DNA of 64,000 nucleotides from Nitrospinales bacterium (GCA_965262115.1 OZ253496.1:1024001-1088000), one strand, 5' to 3'. Numbered from the stretch's first letter, positions 1 through 10,199 are shown. Program-made: numbers and translations. The notes: generated from the letters alone by a model not told the origin.

Positions 1-560
1 AGATAATCTCGTAACGCTTGAATCATGCGGCTTCTGGCAATGAAAACTTTTTTAACATCCGGATTGACGATCAGGTCCACATAACGTTGCCGGTAGCGAA
101 GCTCGATATCTTTAAGTCCATGCCACTTCTCAGGAAGGGGAAGAAGCGATTTAGAAAGCAGGGTCACCTTGCTGGCGAACAGAGTCAACTCACCGGTTTT
201 GGTTTTTGAAATCCTGCCTTCGACACCAATGATATCGCCAACATCAAACTTGCCAAATATTTCGTAAGCAGATTCACCCAGCGAATTCTTATTGATAAAG
301 ACCTGGATATCCCCAGATGCGTCCTTAATATTCACAAACGTGGTTTTGCCATGCTTGCGTCGACTCATCATACGTCCGGCGGTAATATATTCCGCATTCA
401 CCTCCTCCAGTTCTTCCTTGGACTTCTCGGAATACTTTTCAACCAGGGCAGACAGAGTAGTGTTCACATGAAACCGGTTGATGTATGGAGAGATCCCCAT
501 CTCCCGGAGTTCATCGAGTTTTTCGCGTCTGAGTTTAATCAGTCGTCCTGAATCTTCCAT
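1..560 (-). CDS. lysS: Lysyl-tRNA synthetase (class II), 5' part; runs off the window
   Basis: Manual translation from ATG at 560 gives MEDSGRLIKLRREKLDELREMGISPY...LPLPEKWHGLKDIELRYRQRYVDLIVN, the LysS signature. Not in the ORF track because it is truncated. Confidence 0.95.
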   Translation of the reverse strand, partial: MEDSGRLIKLRREKLDELREMGISPYINRFHVNTTLSALVEKYSEKSKEELEEVNAEYITAGRMMSRRKHGKTTFVNIKDASGDIQVFINKNSLGESAYEIFGKFDVGDIIGVEGRISKTKTGELTLFASKVTLLSKSLLPLPEKWHGLKDIELRYRQRYVDLIVNPDVKKVFIARSRMIQALRDY

Positions 561-664
561 GTGATGCCAATTCTATTACATTTTGGAGAAGCTCTGGGAA
601 ACCCAGGGCGGTGAGCCCGGAAACTGTTCCGGGCAAATTCTGGCAGGTTATACAAATACCTTCT

Positions 665-2251
665 TTACCGGGCGAACTCTGTAAACCGGGTTTCTCGAAC
701 AACGGTGATTTTGATTTCTCCCGGATAGGTCACTTCCTTTTCAATTCTTTTGGCGACATCCCTGGCCAGAATGCTGGCCTGTTGATCATCCGTACCCGTG
801 GGCATGACGATGATTCTCACTTCACGGCCCGCCTGAATAGCAAAGGTTTTTTGAACCCCTTTGAAGGAATCGCCAATTTCTTCCAGTTTCGTCATGCGTT
901 TGATATAGGTTTCCAGCATTTCCCTCCGGGCTCCAGGCCGGGAAGCGGAAATGGTATCACCCGCCGACACCAGAACAGCATAAGGCGATTCCGCCTCTTC
1001 ATCTTCATGGTGAGCGGCAATCGCATTGATAACAAAAGGATGCTCGTTGTAGCGTTTCGCGATATCAACTCCCAGTTGAGTGTGCGTTCCATCGGTCTGA
1101 TGATCGATGGCCTTCCCGATATCGTGCAACAGCCCTGCCCGTTTCGCCAGAGCCACATTCAAACCCAGTTCTCCGGCAATGGCCCCGCACATAAAAGCTA
1201 CCTCCTGCACATGCTCAAGAACATTCTGGGTATAGCTGGTTCGGTATTTGAGCCGCCCCAACAATTTGACCATTTCAGGACTAATACTATCGATGCCAAC
1301 ATTTATAACAGCCTGTTCACCAGCTTCTTCAATCTGCCGGGTGACTTCCTTTTTGCATTTATTGACCACATCTTCAATGCGACCTGGGTGAATCCGCCCA
1401 TCGAGGGTCAGTTGTTCCAAAGCGCGGCGAGCCACTTCCCGCCGGATGGGGTCAAACCCCGACAACACAACCGCACCAGGCGTATCATCTATAATCAAGT
1501 CGATTCCGGTGGCCTGCTCCAAAGCCCGGATATTTCTTCCTTCCCGACCGATGATCCGCCCTTTGATATCATCGCTGGGAAGTTCCACCACTGAAACAGT
1601 GGTTTCCGCCACATGGTCTGAGGCCAGCCGCTGGATAGCCATGGTAATTAATTTACGGGCTTCATCATCGCCGCGCCTCTTTGCATCTTCCGCAATTTTT
1701 TTCACTTCGCGCGCCGCGCCCATCTTGGCTTCATCAAGGATCTTGTTTTTGACCTCTTCTCGCGCCTTGTCGGCGGTGTAGGAACCAATCACCTCAAGTT
1801 TTTTTAGCTCTTCCTCAACCAGTTTTTGGTACTCGATTTTTTGCTCGGCTATCTCTTTTTCCTTACCCGCGATCTTGCTGTTCTTTTCTTGAAGTTCCTT
1901 GTCCCGAGCCTGGAATTTTTGGTTTTCGGCCCTGATCTCTCGTTCTTTGCTTTCCAGATCACCTCCCAGGTTTCGCAACCTGTCCCGCTCGCCTTTCATC
2001 TCCTTTTCAAGCTCGGCTTTCAACACCAAATATTTTTCGCGCGCTTCAATCTCCCCGGACTTCAGCCTGCTCTCCACTTCCTTTTCTGCGTCATGGATAA
2101 TTTTCTTTCTACGTTCTTCCGCATCCTTGATCTGGTATTCGGTAAATATTTTGCGCAAAAAATATCCAATGGCATAACCGATCACCAAAGCAAAAGCCAT
2201 CCCTAAAATCAGGGTTATGAAATTAACTTTAATGACGGTAAAAATATGCAT
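665..2251 (-). CDS. rny: Ribonuclease Y
   Basis: N-terminal TM helix, coiled coil, KH domain (KGRIIGREGRNIR) and HD motif (LLHDIGKA). Confidence 0.97.
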   Translation of the reverse strand: MHIFTVIKVNFITLILGMAFALVIGYAIGYFLRKIFTEYQIKDAEERRKKIIHDAEKEVESRLKSGEIEAREKYLVLKAELEKEMKGERDRLRNLGGDLESKEREIRAENQKFQARDKELQEKNSKIAGKEKEIAEQKIEYQKLVEEELKKLEVIGSYTADKAREEVKNKILDEAKMGAAREVKKIAEDAKRRGDDEARKLITMAIQRLASDHVAETTVSVVELPSDDIKGRIIGREGRNIRALEQATGIDLIIDDTPGAVVLSGFDPIRREVARRALEQLTLDGRIHPGRIEDVVNKCKKEVTRQIEEAGEQAVINVGIDSISPEMVKLLGRLKYRTSYTQNVLEHVQEVAFMCGAIAGELGLNVALAKRAGLLHDIGKAIDHQTDGTHTQLGVDIAKRYNEHPFVINAIAAHHEDEEAESPYAVLVSAGDTISASRPGARREMLETYIKRMTKLEEIGDSFKGVQKTFAIQAGREVRIIVMPTGTDDQQASILARDVAKRIEKEVTYPGEIKITVVRETRFTEFAR

Positions 2252-2298
2252 AGTAGAACCTCAATATTAAAAATAAACCGACCCGGCCGTCCGGTGAC

Positions 2299-2874
2299 TC
2301 AGCAGTTTATCGTGTCGTTATCGGTAAAAATCTTTTGCACCCTTTCATCCCATGAATCCTGGGGAATCAAGTCCATCACTTGAAACTCATAGGCCACTCC
2401 AAAATAGAGCGCCTCATCTCGCATTTGTTTAAAAAGCCAGTCAAAATAACCTCCACCAAAACCGATTCTTCCTCCGGCACGATCAAACGCCAAGCCTGGC
2501 GCGATGACGGCATCAATGATTGACGGAGACACCACCCTGGAGTTTAGCCGGGACGGCTCACGAATATCGTATGAGCCCAACTCAAACTCCTGATCCATAT
2601 CGGTAATTTCACACACTTCCATTCGCCTTTCCCTTCTTACCAGACGCGGGACATAAACCCGCCTGTCGTCCTTAAGGGAACGCATAATCATTTCATCGGT
2701 ACGCACTTCGTTGCCGAATGAGAGAAAATACATTACATTCCGGCAATCCGAAAATTCCCTTCGGGCAAACAGCCTGTCTTCTATAGCCCGGCTCAAGTTT
2801 AAAACCTCATCCAAGCCCATGGCATCCCGCCGACGTTTCATTTCCTGACGGACCGCAAACTTATCCATCTTCAT
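2299..2874 (-). CDS. ygfA: 5-formyltetrahydrofolate cyclo-ligase
   Basis: APGLAFDRAGGRIGFGGGYFD motif and canonical position after 6S RNA. Start taken at ATG 2874; the ORF extends to 2898. Confidence 0.93.
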   Translation of the reverse strand: MKMDKFAVRQEMKRRRDAMGLDEVLNLSRAIEDRLFARREFSDCRNVMYFLSFGNEVRTDEMIMRSLKDDRRVYVPRLVRRERRMEVCEITDMDQEFELGSYDIREPSRLNSRVVSPSIIDAVIAPGLAFDRAGGRIGFGGGYFDWLFKQMRDEALYFGVAYEFQVMDLIPQDSWDERVQKIFTDNDTINC

Positions 2875-3202
2875 GGAGGTAAAAGCCATTTTCCGCACCC
2901 AGGATTGTTGTCAGGATATCGCCAGGCTACAGCGCACAAAAAATACCCTATTCATTCATAAGCTTTTAGGAGGAGCAAGACAAAAACCGACCGAAACCGG
3001 CAAAGGGGAGGCAAGGCAGAAACCACCGCTAAAAAAAGCAGAACAAACCTTGTTGCGGATATTCAAAAAACGAAACAGACTTTCCCGTTTCGCTCATATT
3101 TCACTCCCAATTGAGTCCGGCTCCGACTATTCCAGAACCGGATATATATTCAGGCTCGGTCGGGTTGGGCTCCAACCCTCTAAAGCTCTTAAACATTCAA
3201 GT

Positions 3203-3384
3203 AGTCCCCCCGTTCATGCCGCGCAAAAACTATTTTTTGAACCTGTCAAGGACAGGTGGGGCTTCCGTGAACTGCTTTAGGCTTCCCTCCTGAGAGGGCT
3301 TGCACACCACAGTCGATCCATCAACCCCTTTCACAAACTGTTGGCTCAAGAAATTAAATTCTTACCCGAACACAACAGGGAGAC
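3203..3384 (-). ncRNA. ssrS: 6S RNA
   Basis: About 180 nt between zapA and ygfA. The minus strand reads GTCTCCCTGTTGTGTTCG...CTTGAGCCAAC...GGGAAGCCTAAA...CCCACCTG...CAGGTTCAA...GGGGGGAC, with complementary ends. Conserved zapA-ssrS-ygfA synteny. Ends are approximate. Confidence 0.88.
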
Positions 3385-3404
3385 ACCACTTCAAATTCAA
3401 TCAC

Positions 3405-3433
3405 ATCATAACATAAAGACCTGGGTCTCTCAA
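3405..3433 (-). promoter_or_regulatory. Sigma70 promoter of 6S RNA
   Basis: TTGAGA, a 17-nt spacer, then TATGAT with an extended -10 TG, just upstream of the 6S 5' end. Confidence 0.7.
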
Positions 3434-3457
3434 GACCTATCTAAACCACAAAATCTC

Positions 3458-3751
3458 TTATTTTTCAATGCTTTGAAGATCTTTATCGAGGGCCGCAACC
3501 AATTCCCGGATTTTCTTTTCCCCCGCCTCATCTTTCGCTCCGGCCTGATTTTTCAACTCCAGCAATTCCTGTGCAATATTGAGCGCCGCGAGGATCGCCA
3601 AGTCCAAAGTGGAGGTTTTACTGCTGGCATTGGCCAATTCTTTCATCTTGGAATCCACATAGTCCGCCACCTCTTCAGCACCCACTTCCGATGAAGAGCT
3701 TTTCAAGCTATACGTTTTTCCATAAATCTGGATTTTTTTGCTACTGGCCAT
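3458..3751 (-). CDS. zapA: Cell division protein ZapA
   Basis: IQIYGKTYSL...VADYVDSKMKE...LAILAALNIAQEL motif. Start at ATG 3751. Confidence 0.92.
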   Translation of the reverse strand: MASSKKIQIYGKTYSLKSSSSEVGAEEVADYVDSKMKELANASSKTSTLDLAILAALNIAQELLELKNQAGAKDEAGEKKIRELVAALDKDLQSIEK

Positions 3752-3794
3752 ATTCAACCCAATCCAATTAGATCTTTCGGCAGATATTTTTTTA

Positions 3795-4073
3795 TCAAGC
3801 CAAATCAAATTTCTCCAGATTATTCAAAAGAGTCTGAACCTTCGTCCGCATGACCTTGCGGTCTTTTTCATTTTTTTGGCTTAAGGATTCCAATTGGGAA
3901 AGGCGATCCCGTGTGCCCTGATTTGACCTTTGTTCCTTTACCAAGCCCTCTTTTTCACGATTCAGTCGATCAACCTGGCGGGACAACCCCTGGTTTTCCT
4001 TCTTTAGACGGCGGAACTCCTCCATCAGGGTCAACACGCGTTCTTCCAATCGATGAATATCCGGTTTAGGCAT
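3795..4073 (-). CDS. zapB: ZapB-like coiled-coil protein
   Basis: 92-aa coiled coil between pheT and zapA. Confidence 0.65.
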   Translation of the reverse strand: MPKPDIHRLEERVLTLMEEFRRLKKENQGLSRQVDRLNREKEGLVKEQRSNQGTRDRLSQLESLSQKNEKDRKVMRTKVQTLLNNLEKFDLA

Positions 4074-4115
4074 GGCAGAATCGTAGCACCTGGGTATTAG
4101 GGTGTCAATAATCCC

Positions 4116-6200
4116 TCATTCCCTTAGTGAAGCACCAAGTTCACTCTTTAAAGTTTGAACAATTTTTTCAAATAACGGATTGACCTCTTCATCAGAAAGT
4201 GTTCTCTCGGAGGATTGGAACGACAAAGCAAAAGTGAGGCTTTTTTTACCGGCCTGAATTTTCTTTCCCTCAAAATGGTCATACAGTTCAACCTTTTGAA
4301 TCAATGGACTGCCAGTTTTTAGTATCAAGTCTGCGGCTTTTTGAGAAGTGACCGGCCGGTCCACAAGAATAGAAATATCGCGGTAAGTCTCAGGAAATTT
4401 GGCAATCGGCTGAAACCGGAGAGAGAATGAAAGTGAGTTTTCCAGAGATCCCAAATCAAGTTCCAAGGCATAAACATTTTGCCCCAACTCGCCAACCAGA
4501 TTCTGTTGTGGTGTCATCTGGCCCAGGTAACCCAACGTCTCACCATTACCCCGAACCTGCACCGATTTTCCCGGCACCAGAAACGGTCCGCTATCAGGAG
4601 AAGTTTGCAATTTTAAATGCAGGTGCTCCATCAGCGTTTCCAGCACTCCCTTGAGGTCGTAAAAGTCATACTCCTGACCTCTCGGTTTCCAGGGAGTGCG
4701 TTCATAAGGCCCCAGCACGATGGCTGACAGCACCGCTTTTTCCGTACGCTCTCCAGAAGAGTTCGCAAAATAGACGCTCCCCACCTCAAACAATTTAATC
4801 GGTTTCTGGCCTCTGCTCAAATTGAGCCCGGCGGTCTTCAACAGACCGGGAAGCAGGCTGGTGCGCATCGTATCGTTTTCGGAACTCAATGGGTTTTTTA
4901 ACGCTATCGTCTGATCCTGCTCTGCGGCAAAAGCGGTTTTGAATTCTTCGGCATAGGCGCGTTCGATAAAACTGAAATGAACCGTTTCGGCAAACCCGGC
5001 ATAACAGAAAACCTCCCGCACTTTTTTAATGACGTTTTGCCGGACTGCTACTTTCACCGGTCTAACCCCAGCCATTGGAAAAACCGTGCCGACCTTGTCA
5101 AACCCATCAATGCGCGCAATCTCTTCGATCAGGTCAACCTCGCGCGAAAGATCGGGGCGAAAACTGGGAATTTTCACCTGCATCGTTTCCGACGGTTGGG
5201 CAATCTCCATGCCCAATCGGGAAAGCAGGTACTGAACTTGCCCGGCGTTAAAACTTGCACCCAAAAGCTGATTCACCCGGCTCACTCTTAACGGAACACT
5301 TGTCGGTTTTCCTGCATCAGGATAAATATCCACTTGACCAGAGCAGATTTCTCCCCCCGCCAATTCCTTCATCAGCAAAGCGGCTCTTGCCTGGGCGGAA
5401 ACCACGCCACTTAAATCCACACCGCGTTCGAAGCGGTAAGAAGAATCCGAACGCAATCCATGTTTTTTTGAGCCTTTTCGGACCGTCGCCGGATCAAAGC
5501 AGGCGCTCTCCAGCACAACATGGCAGGTCGTTTCAGAGACCTGGCTATTGGTCCCGCCCATGATCCCCGCTAATGCCACGGGTTTTTCGCCATCGGCGAT
5601 GACCAGGGTATCCGCGTCGAGCTTCAATTCGGTCCCGTCCAGACTGGCGAAAGGTTCACCTTTTCTCGCCCGGCGAATGATAATTTTATGGTCGGCCAAA
5701 AGGTCTCGGTCAAACGCGTGCAAAGGCTGACCGTATTCCATCATCACGAAGTTGGTGATATCCACAATATTATTGATGGGCCGAAGGCCAATAGCAGCCA
5801 GCCGGTCTTTCAGCCATTTTGGTGAGGGGCCGACTTTCACATTTTCTATCACCAGGGCGCAATAACGAGAGCAAAGTTTCGGTTCCAGATTTTCAACCGA
5901 TACGCGATCTTCTACCGCCACCCCTCCCGCTTCGGCCTTCAGGGATTTAAGCGGATCGGCCAACTTCAAGGACTTGTTCAATAGCGCCGAAACCTCACGC
6001 GCCACACCGATATGCGACAAACAATAACCCCGGTTGGGCGTCACATTCAGTTCCAACACTTCGCTCTTTTCACCATCGGGCAACTCCACCGCTTCATGAC
6101 TTTCGATTTCCAATCCAGCCATAGTCAGGACATGGCCCAACTCATCTGTCGGGACATCAATTTCGATATATTCTTTCAACCAGTCAACTTGTACTTTCAT
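4116..6200 (-). CDS. pheT: Phenylalanyl-tRNA synthetase beta subunit (short form)
   Basis: Motifs TPNRGYCLSHIGVARE, RPINNIVDITN and DLIEEIARIDG, plus a C-terminal FDX-ACB domain. Confidence 0.96.
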   Translation of the reverse strand: MKVQVDWLKEYIEIDVPTDELGHVLTMAGLEIESHEAVELPDGEKSEVLELNVTPNRGYCLSHIGVAREVSALLNKSLKLADPLKSLKAEAGGVAVEDRVSVENLEPKLCSRYCALVIENVKVGPSPKWLKDRLAAIGLRPINNIVDITNFVMMEYGQPLHAFDRDLLADHKIIIRRARKGEPFASLDGTELKLDADTLVIADGEKPVALAGIMGGTNSQVSETTCHVVLESACFDPATVRKGSKKHGLRSDSSYRFERGVDLSGVVSAQARAALLMKELAGGEICSGQVDIYPDAGKPTSVPLRVSRVNQLLGASFNAGQVQYLLSRLGMEIAQPSETMQVKIPSFRPDLSREVDLIEEIARIDGFDKVGTVFPMAGVRPVKVAVRQNVIKKVREVFCYAGFAETVHFSFIERAYAEEFKTAFAAEQDQTIALKNPLSSENDTMRTSLLPGLLKTAGLNLSRGQKPIKLFEVGSVYFANSSGERTEKAVLSAIVLGPYERTPWKPRGQEYDFYDLKGVLETLMEHLHLKLQTSPDSGPFLVPGKSVQVRGNGETLGYLGQMTPQQNLVGELGQNVYALELDLGSLENSLSFSLRFQPIAKFPETYRDISILVDRPVTSQKAADLILKTGSPLIQKVELYDHFEGKKIQAGKKSLTFALSFQSSERTLSDEEVNPLFEKIVQTLKSELGASLRE

Positions 6201-6293
6201 GGAATTCCTTTAAGTTTCAAAGCCACACTTGAGGAGGATTATAGGTGAACATTTCTTAAAAATCCACCGGACACAAAATCTACTTGCCATCGT

Positions 6294-7862
6294 CTAACGA
6301 AACCGGAAGTCGCCCAACAATAAGTCTTTGCTCTTTTTCATTTGTTTGAATATATCCATTTTTTTCTTCCACTCAGGAATATTTTCCCGCCCGACACCGG
6401 ATTTTTCAGCAAGGAGAATCCGGTTGCCATACACCACGGCATCGGTGGGGTCGAGTCGAATCGACTTGTCGAGCAAAACCTGCGCCTCCTTATATCGCTC
6501 ATGCTTCATCATTAAAATCCCCAGATTATTCAGCGCGTTAGCATGTTCGGGGTCGATGGTCAGCGCCTGGCGATATCGTTTTTCCTCGCAGACTTCGTCC
6601 TCTATCAGATTGCAATGATAACCCGCTTCCACCTGAGCATAGGCACTTTGAGGATGCTGGTTCGCCACCCTCTGCCAGAAAGCATGCTCACTGGCATAAA
6701 CAAAGGTATGCAAAAAAGATAAAGACCCGAGAAAAAATACCATCCCGGCAATGATGAAATTTACCAGAAAGGTTTTTCGTTGCCCCTGCCCCCAACTCTC
6801 CAGCCATATAGAAACCGCCACAATCACTGCAATGGAAGGTAAATAAAGGTACCTGTCCTGCCGAAGAACACTTATAGCAATCAGGTTGGAAACGGGAATC
6901 AACCAAATCACAAACCAGCCTATCGCAAAAACCAGACCTGGATGCGAACGAAAACTCCTGGCAACATAAAAACAAACCCCGAAAAAAAACAGATAGGCAA
7001 AAAGGGACTGCGGATCTATTAAGGAGACGGTATTGAAAAAATACCGGGGAGAAAGTTGAAAGGGAAAAATCAAACAAAATACATAGTCCCAATAAACCCT
7101 CAGGGTATACAAGAGGGAGGAGGAAAAGCTTCCCCCGGCATATTCCTTAATCGCTCCTACGGCCCCCTGCGAGTAAATTGTAGCCAGTCCGGCAAGAAGA
7201 GACAGCAGAAAAAAAGGAACTTTTTCCATCACCATCCCCTTTCTCTTCAGCACCAGAAAATCCAGCAGCACAAAAATACAAGGGAGCATGACCGATATAG
7301 ATTTGCTCAACAACGCCAGGATAAATGACAACAGGCAAAAATAATAATGACTTCTGCGAAAACGAAAGCTCATGGCGTGCCGCAAATAAAACCAGAGCGA
7401 TAAAAAGATAAACAGAGACGAGAGCAGGTTCTTTCTTTCCGATATCCAGACCACCGACTCAACCTGTACCGGGTGGACAATAAAGATAAAGACGCTGAAC
7501 CAACGGGCTTTTTTAGGCACCTCCAGAAAATGAAGAATGGAAAACAGCAGGCAGGCATTCAGCGAATGCAAAATCACCTGGGTCAGGCGGTACCCAAAAG
7601 GGTTAAACCCCCACCAGGTAAAATCCAATGAGTAAGAAAGCAGGTTGACGGGAAGATAGTCGCCGAAATGAAGGTTGGAAAAAATTGCTGCAGTATTTGC
7701 CAGGGAAATCTTCTGTAGATAAGGGTTGCGGAAAATATACGCTGAATCATCAGAAAGAACCAGATAATAGAAACCCAGCGATACGAAATAGACCGCAAAG
7801 CTGGCAAGAAAAAAGGTCAGGAAGGGTATCGTCCAATCTTTGAGTTTGGAAGCTATCAGCAA
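6294..7862 (-). CDS. TMTC-like GT-C glycosyltransferase with C-terminal TPRs
   Basis: Multi-TM protein with a DD motif in loop 1 (LSDDSAYIFRNP), HPVQVESVVWISERK, DRYLYLP and a TPR (ALNNLG). Start codon uncertain. Confidence 0.8.
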   Translation of the reverse strand: MLIASKLKDWTIPFLTFFLASFAVYFVSLGFYYLVLSDDSAYIFRNPYLQKISLANTAAIFSNLHFGDYLPVNLLSYSLDFTWWGFNPFGYRLTQVILHSLNACLLFSILHFLEVPKKARWFSVFIFIVHPVQVESVVWISERKNLLSSLFIFLSLWFYLRHAMSFRFRRSHYYFCLLSFILALLSKSISVMLPCIFVLLDFLVLKRKGMVMEKVPFFLLSLLAGLATIYSQGAVGAIKEYAGGSFSSSLLYTLRVYWDYVFCLIFPFQLSPRYFFNTVSLIDPQSLFAYLFFFGVCFYVARSFRSHPGLVFAIGWFVIWLIPVSNLIAISVLRQDRYLYLPSIAVIVAVSIWLESWGQGQRKTFLVNFIIAGMVFFLGSLSFLHTFVYASEHAFWQRVANQHPQSAYAQVEAGYHCNLIEDEVCEEKRYRQALTIDPEHANALNNLGILMMKHERYKEAQVLLDKSIRLDPTDAVVYGNRILLAEKSGVGRENIPEWKKKMDIFKQMKKSKDLLLGDFRFR

Positions 7863-8068
7863 AGCGTGAAATCCGGGTCGGTTATAAAACAGGCTCTGGA
7901 TTTCATATTAACAACGTCCTTAAAAATATACCATGAGTTCCTTCCCAGTGCGGAATATTCCACCCCGTGATAAAATATGCCGGAAATGCGGCGAACCGCC
8001 GCTGGTAACTTGCAATGGCTTATAAAGCCGAGACAACTCTTTGTTCGCCAACAAAAGCCATTGCTAAT

Positions 8069-8087
8069 TGGCCCCACGCCGAGTGGT
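8069..8087 (+). repeat. Short palindromic repeat TGGCCCCACGCCGAGTGGT
   Basis: 18/19 inverted match to 10181-10199. The core also occurs at 38386-38398, 38511-38523 and 45996-46008. Confidence 0.8.
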
Positions 8088-10178
8088 ATGAAACTCACAG
8101 AAGAAAAAATTCTCTCGCTGATGAAAAAGAAAGTCACGCGCCCCATGAAGGTCGCGGAACTTTCTCGCCAGTTGGGTGTGCCTGAAACTCAGAAACGGGA
8201 GTTTCGCAACCTCATCAAAGAAATGGTCGGCGAAGGCACCTTGATAAAAATCCGGAGAGGTCGCTACGGGCTTCCCGATGAAATGAATCTGGTCACCGGA
8301 AAACTACACGGCCATCCAAACGGTTTTGGATTCGTCATCCCCGACCATCAACAGGGCGAGGATGATGTTTACGTCAACCGCCGCCACATGAACGAAGCCA
8401 TGCACAAAGATCATGTCGTGGTCCGAATCGAGTCAGAACGGGAGCCCGGGAAGCCTCAAGGGCGTGTCATACGCATTCTCCAGCGCAACACCACACATGT
8501 CGTCGGCACTTATGAAACTTTCGGCAGGGACGGCTGGGTCATCCCCACCGAATCCAAATATTTCCATGATATTTTTGTTCCCGGAAAAAACCGAAAGGGG
8601 GCCAAAAACGGACAAATCGTCCACGTGGAAATTGAGACCTTCCCGACCCGGCACCAACCGCCTATCGGCAAAGTGGTCGAAGTGCTGGGGATATCCAACG
8701 ACCCGAATGTCGAAATCCAGTCCATCTTCAGAAAGCACGGGGTGCGCCAAAGCTTTTCTCCGGAAGTTCTTGATGAGGCCCGACACGTTGGAGGTGAGGA
8801 CCCCGCTGGTTCTTTGAAAGAACGAAAAGATTTTACAAAACTTCTGACTTTTACCATTGACGGGGAACGGGCCAAGGACTTTGATGACGCAGTTTCGCTG
8901 GAACGCCTCGGAGAAAGGTACAGGCTCGGCGTCCATATCGCCGATGTCAGCCATTTTGTGCGGGAAAATTCCTTACTCGACCAGGAAGCCCTGGAAAGGG
9001 CAACCAGCATCTATTACGCCGACGGCGTCATCCCCATGCTTCCCGTTTCCCTGTCCAACGAAGCCTGCAGTTTAAAACCTGATGAACCACGCCTGACAGT
9101 CAGCGCTATCATGGACTTTGATCACGAAGCAAACTTTATCGCAGGAACGCTACATCCATCGATCATCAAAAGCCAGCGCCGGTTCACCTATAACGAGGTT
9201 CATAGCTTACTTGAAGAAGACAAGAACGATCCATTTTTGCCGACCCTGACCGATATGCATCAACTCAGCCAGCTTCTGCGGAAAAAAAGATTCCAGAATG
9301 GCAGTGTCGATTTCCAGGTGCCCGAGCCGGAAATCCACATGGATTCCGTCGGCCATGTCGACCGCATCGGCATCAGCGAACATAACTCGGCACACGAACT
9401 GATCGAGGAGTTCATGCTGGCCGCCAACCAGTTTGTTGCCCTCAGCTTGCACGAACGCGGCATACCGTCCATCCACCGGATTCATGAAGCGCCCGACCCC
9501 GCCCGGCTCACCGGGTTCAACGAGTTCGTCGACTCTTTCAAACTGCGCCTTCCCTCACCGGCCCGCTCAACAGATTTGCAGACCCTGCTGAAACAAATTA
9601 GCGGACGCCCGGAAGAAAGAGTCGTCAACACACTGCTTCTTCGCACCATGAAGAAAGCGCGCTATTCCGAAACCGATCCCGGCCATTTCTGCCTGGGCTT
9701 TCCTCATTACGCCCATTTCACTTCGCCGATCCGCCGCTATCCCGATCTTGTGCTGCACCGGATAATCAAGAAATACCTGAAACGCAAATGTCCGCAAAAA
9801 GAAAAAAAAGCACTGTTGTCCCAACTCGCCGAAATCTCAGAACAGTCCACCCAAATGGAAATCCAAGCCATGTCGATAGAACGGGAAGTGACCGACCTGC
9901 GCCGGGCCCAGTTCATGGCAGATAAGATCGGTAAAACTTTTCATGGGATCATCACGGGTGTTATTGGGTTCGGATTTTTTGTCGAGTTGGAAGAGGTGTT
10001 CGTCGAAGGACTGGTCAAGATTTCCAGTATCACAGACGACTATTACCTGTTTATCGAAACCGAACACCGGCTCATCGGGCAAAGACGCCATCGCAGTTTC
10101 CAAATCGGCGACCCAGTGAAAGTGCGGGTGGCGGCTGTGGATCTGGGCCAAAAACGTATTGACCTGACTGTCCTGTGA
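8088..10178 (+). CDS. rnr: Ribonuclease R
   Basis: HTH and CSD domains, RNB domain (TIDGERAKDFDDA; HFTSPIRRYPDL) and S1 domain. Start at ATG 8088. Confidence 0.96.
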   Translation: MKLTEEKILSLMKKKVTRPMKVAELSRQLGVPETQKREFRNLIKEMVGEGTLIKIRRGRYGLPDEMNLVTGKLHGHPNGFGFVIPDHQQGEDDVYVNRRHMNEAMHKDHVVVRIESEREPGKPQGRVIRILQRNTTHVVGTYETFGRDGWVIPTESKYFHDIFVPGKNRKGAKNGQIVHVEIETFPTRHQPPIGKVVEVLGISNDPNVEIQSIFRKHGVRQSFSPEVLDEARHVGGEDPAGSLKERKDFTKLLTFTIDGERAKDFDDAVSLERLGERYRLGVHIADVSHFVRENSLLDQEALERATSIYYADGVIPMLPVSLSNEACSLKPDEPRLTVSAIMDFDHEANFIAGTLHPSIIKSQRRFTYNEVHSLLEEDKNDPFLPTLTDMHQLSQLLRKKRFQNGSVDFQVPEPEIHMDSVGHVDRIGISEHNSAHELIEEFMLAANQFVALSLHERGIPSIHRIHEAPDPARLTGFNEFVDSFKLRLPSPARSTDLQTLLKQISGRPEERVVNTLLLRTMKKARYSETDPGHFCLGFPHYAHFTSPIRRYPDLVLHRIIKKYLKRKCPQKEKKALLSQLAEISEQSTQMEIQAMSIEREVTDLRRAQFMADKIGKTFHGIITGVIGFGFFVELEEVFVEGLVKISSITDDYYLFIETEHRLIGQRRHRSFQIGDPVKVRVAAVDLGQKRIDLTVL

Positions 10179-10180
10179 CC

Positions 10181-10199
10181 ACCACTAGGCGTGGGGCCA
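10181..10199 (-). repeat. Inverted copy of the 8069-8087 repeat
   Basis: ACCACTAGGCGTGGGGCCA begins 3 nt after the rnr stop. Confidence 0.8.

Noticed and set aside
611..2206. Long plus-strand ORFs opposite rny (also 37202-38473 opposite macA, and similar cases)
   Set aside because: They are antisense shadows of well-supported genes and have no recognisable motifs.
2873..3694. Plus-strand ORFs across the ygfA-zapA interval
   Set aside because: They overlap the 6S RNA and zapA on the opposite strand.
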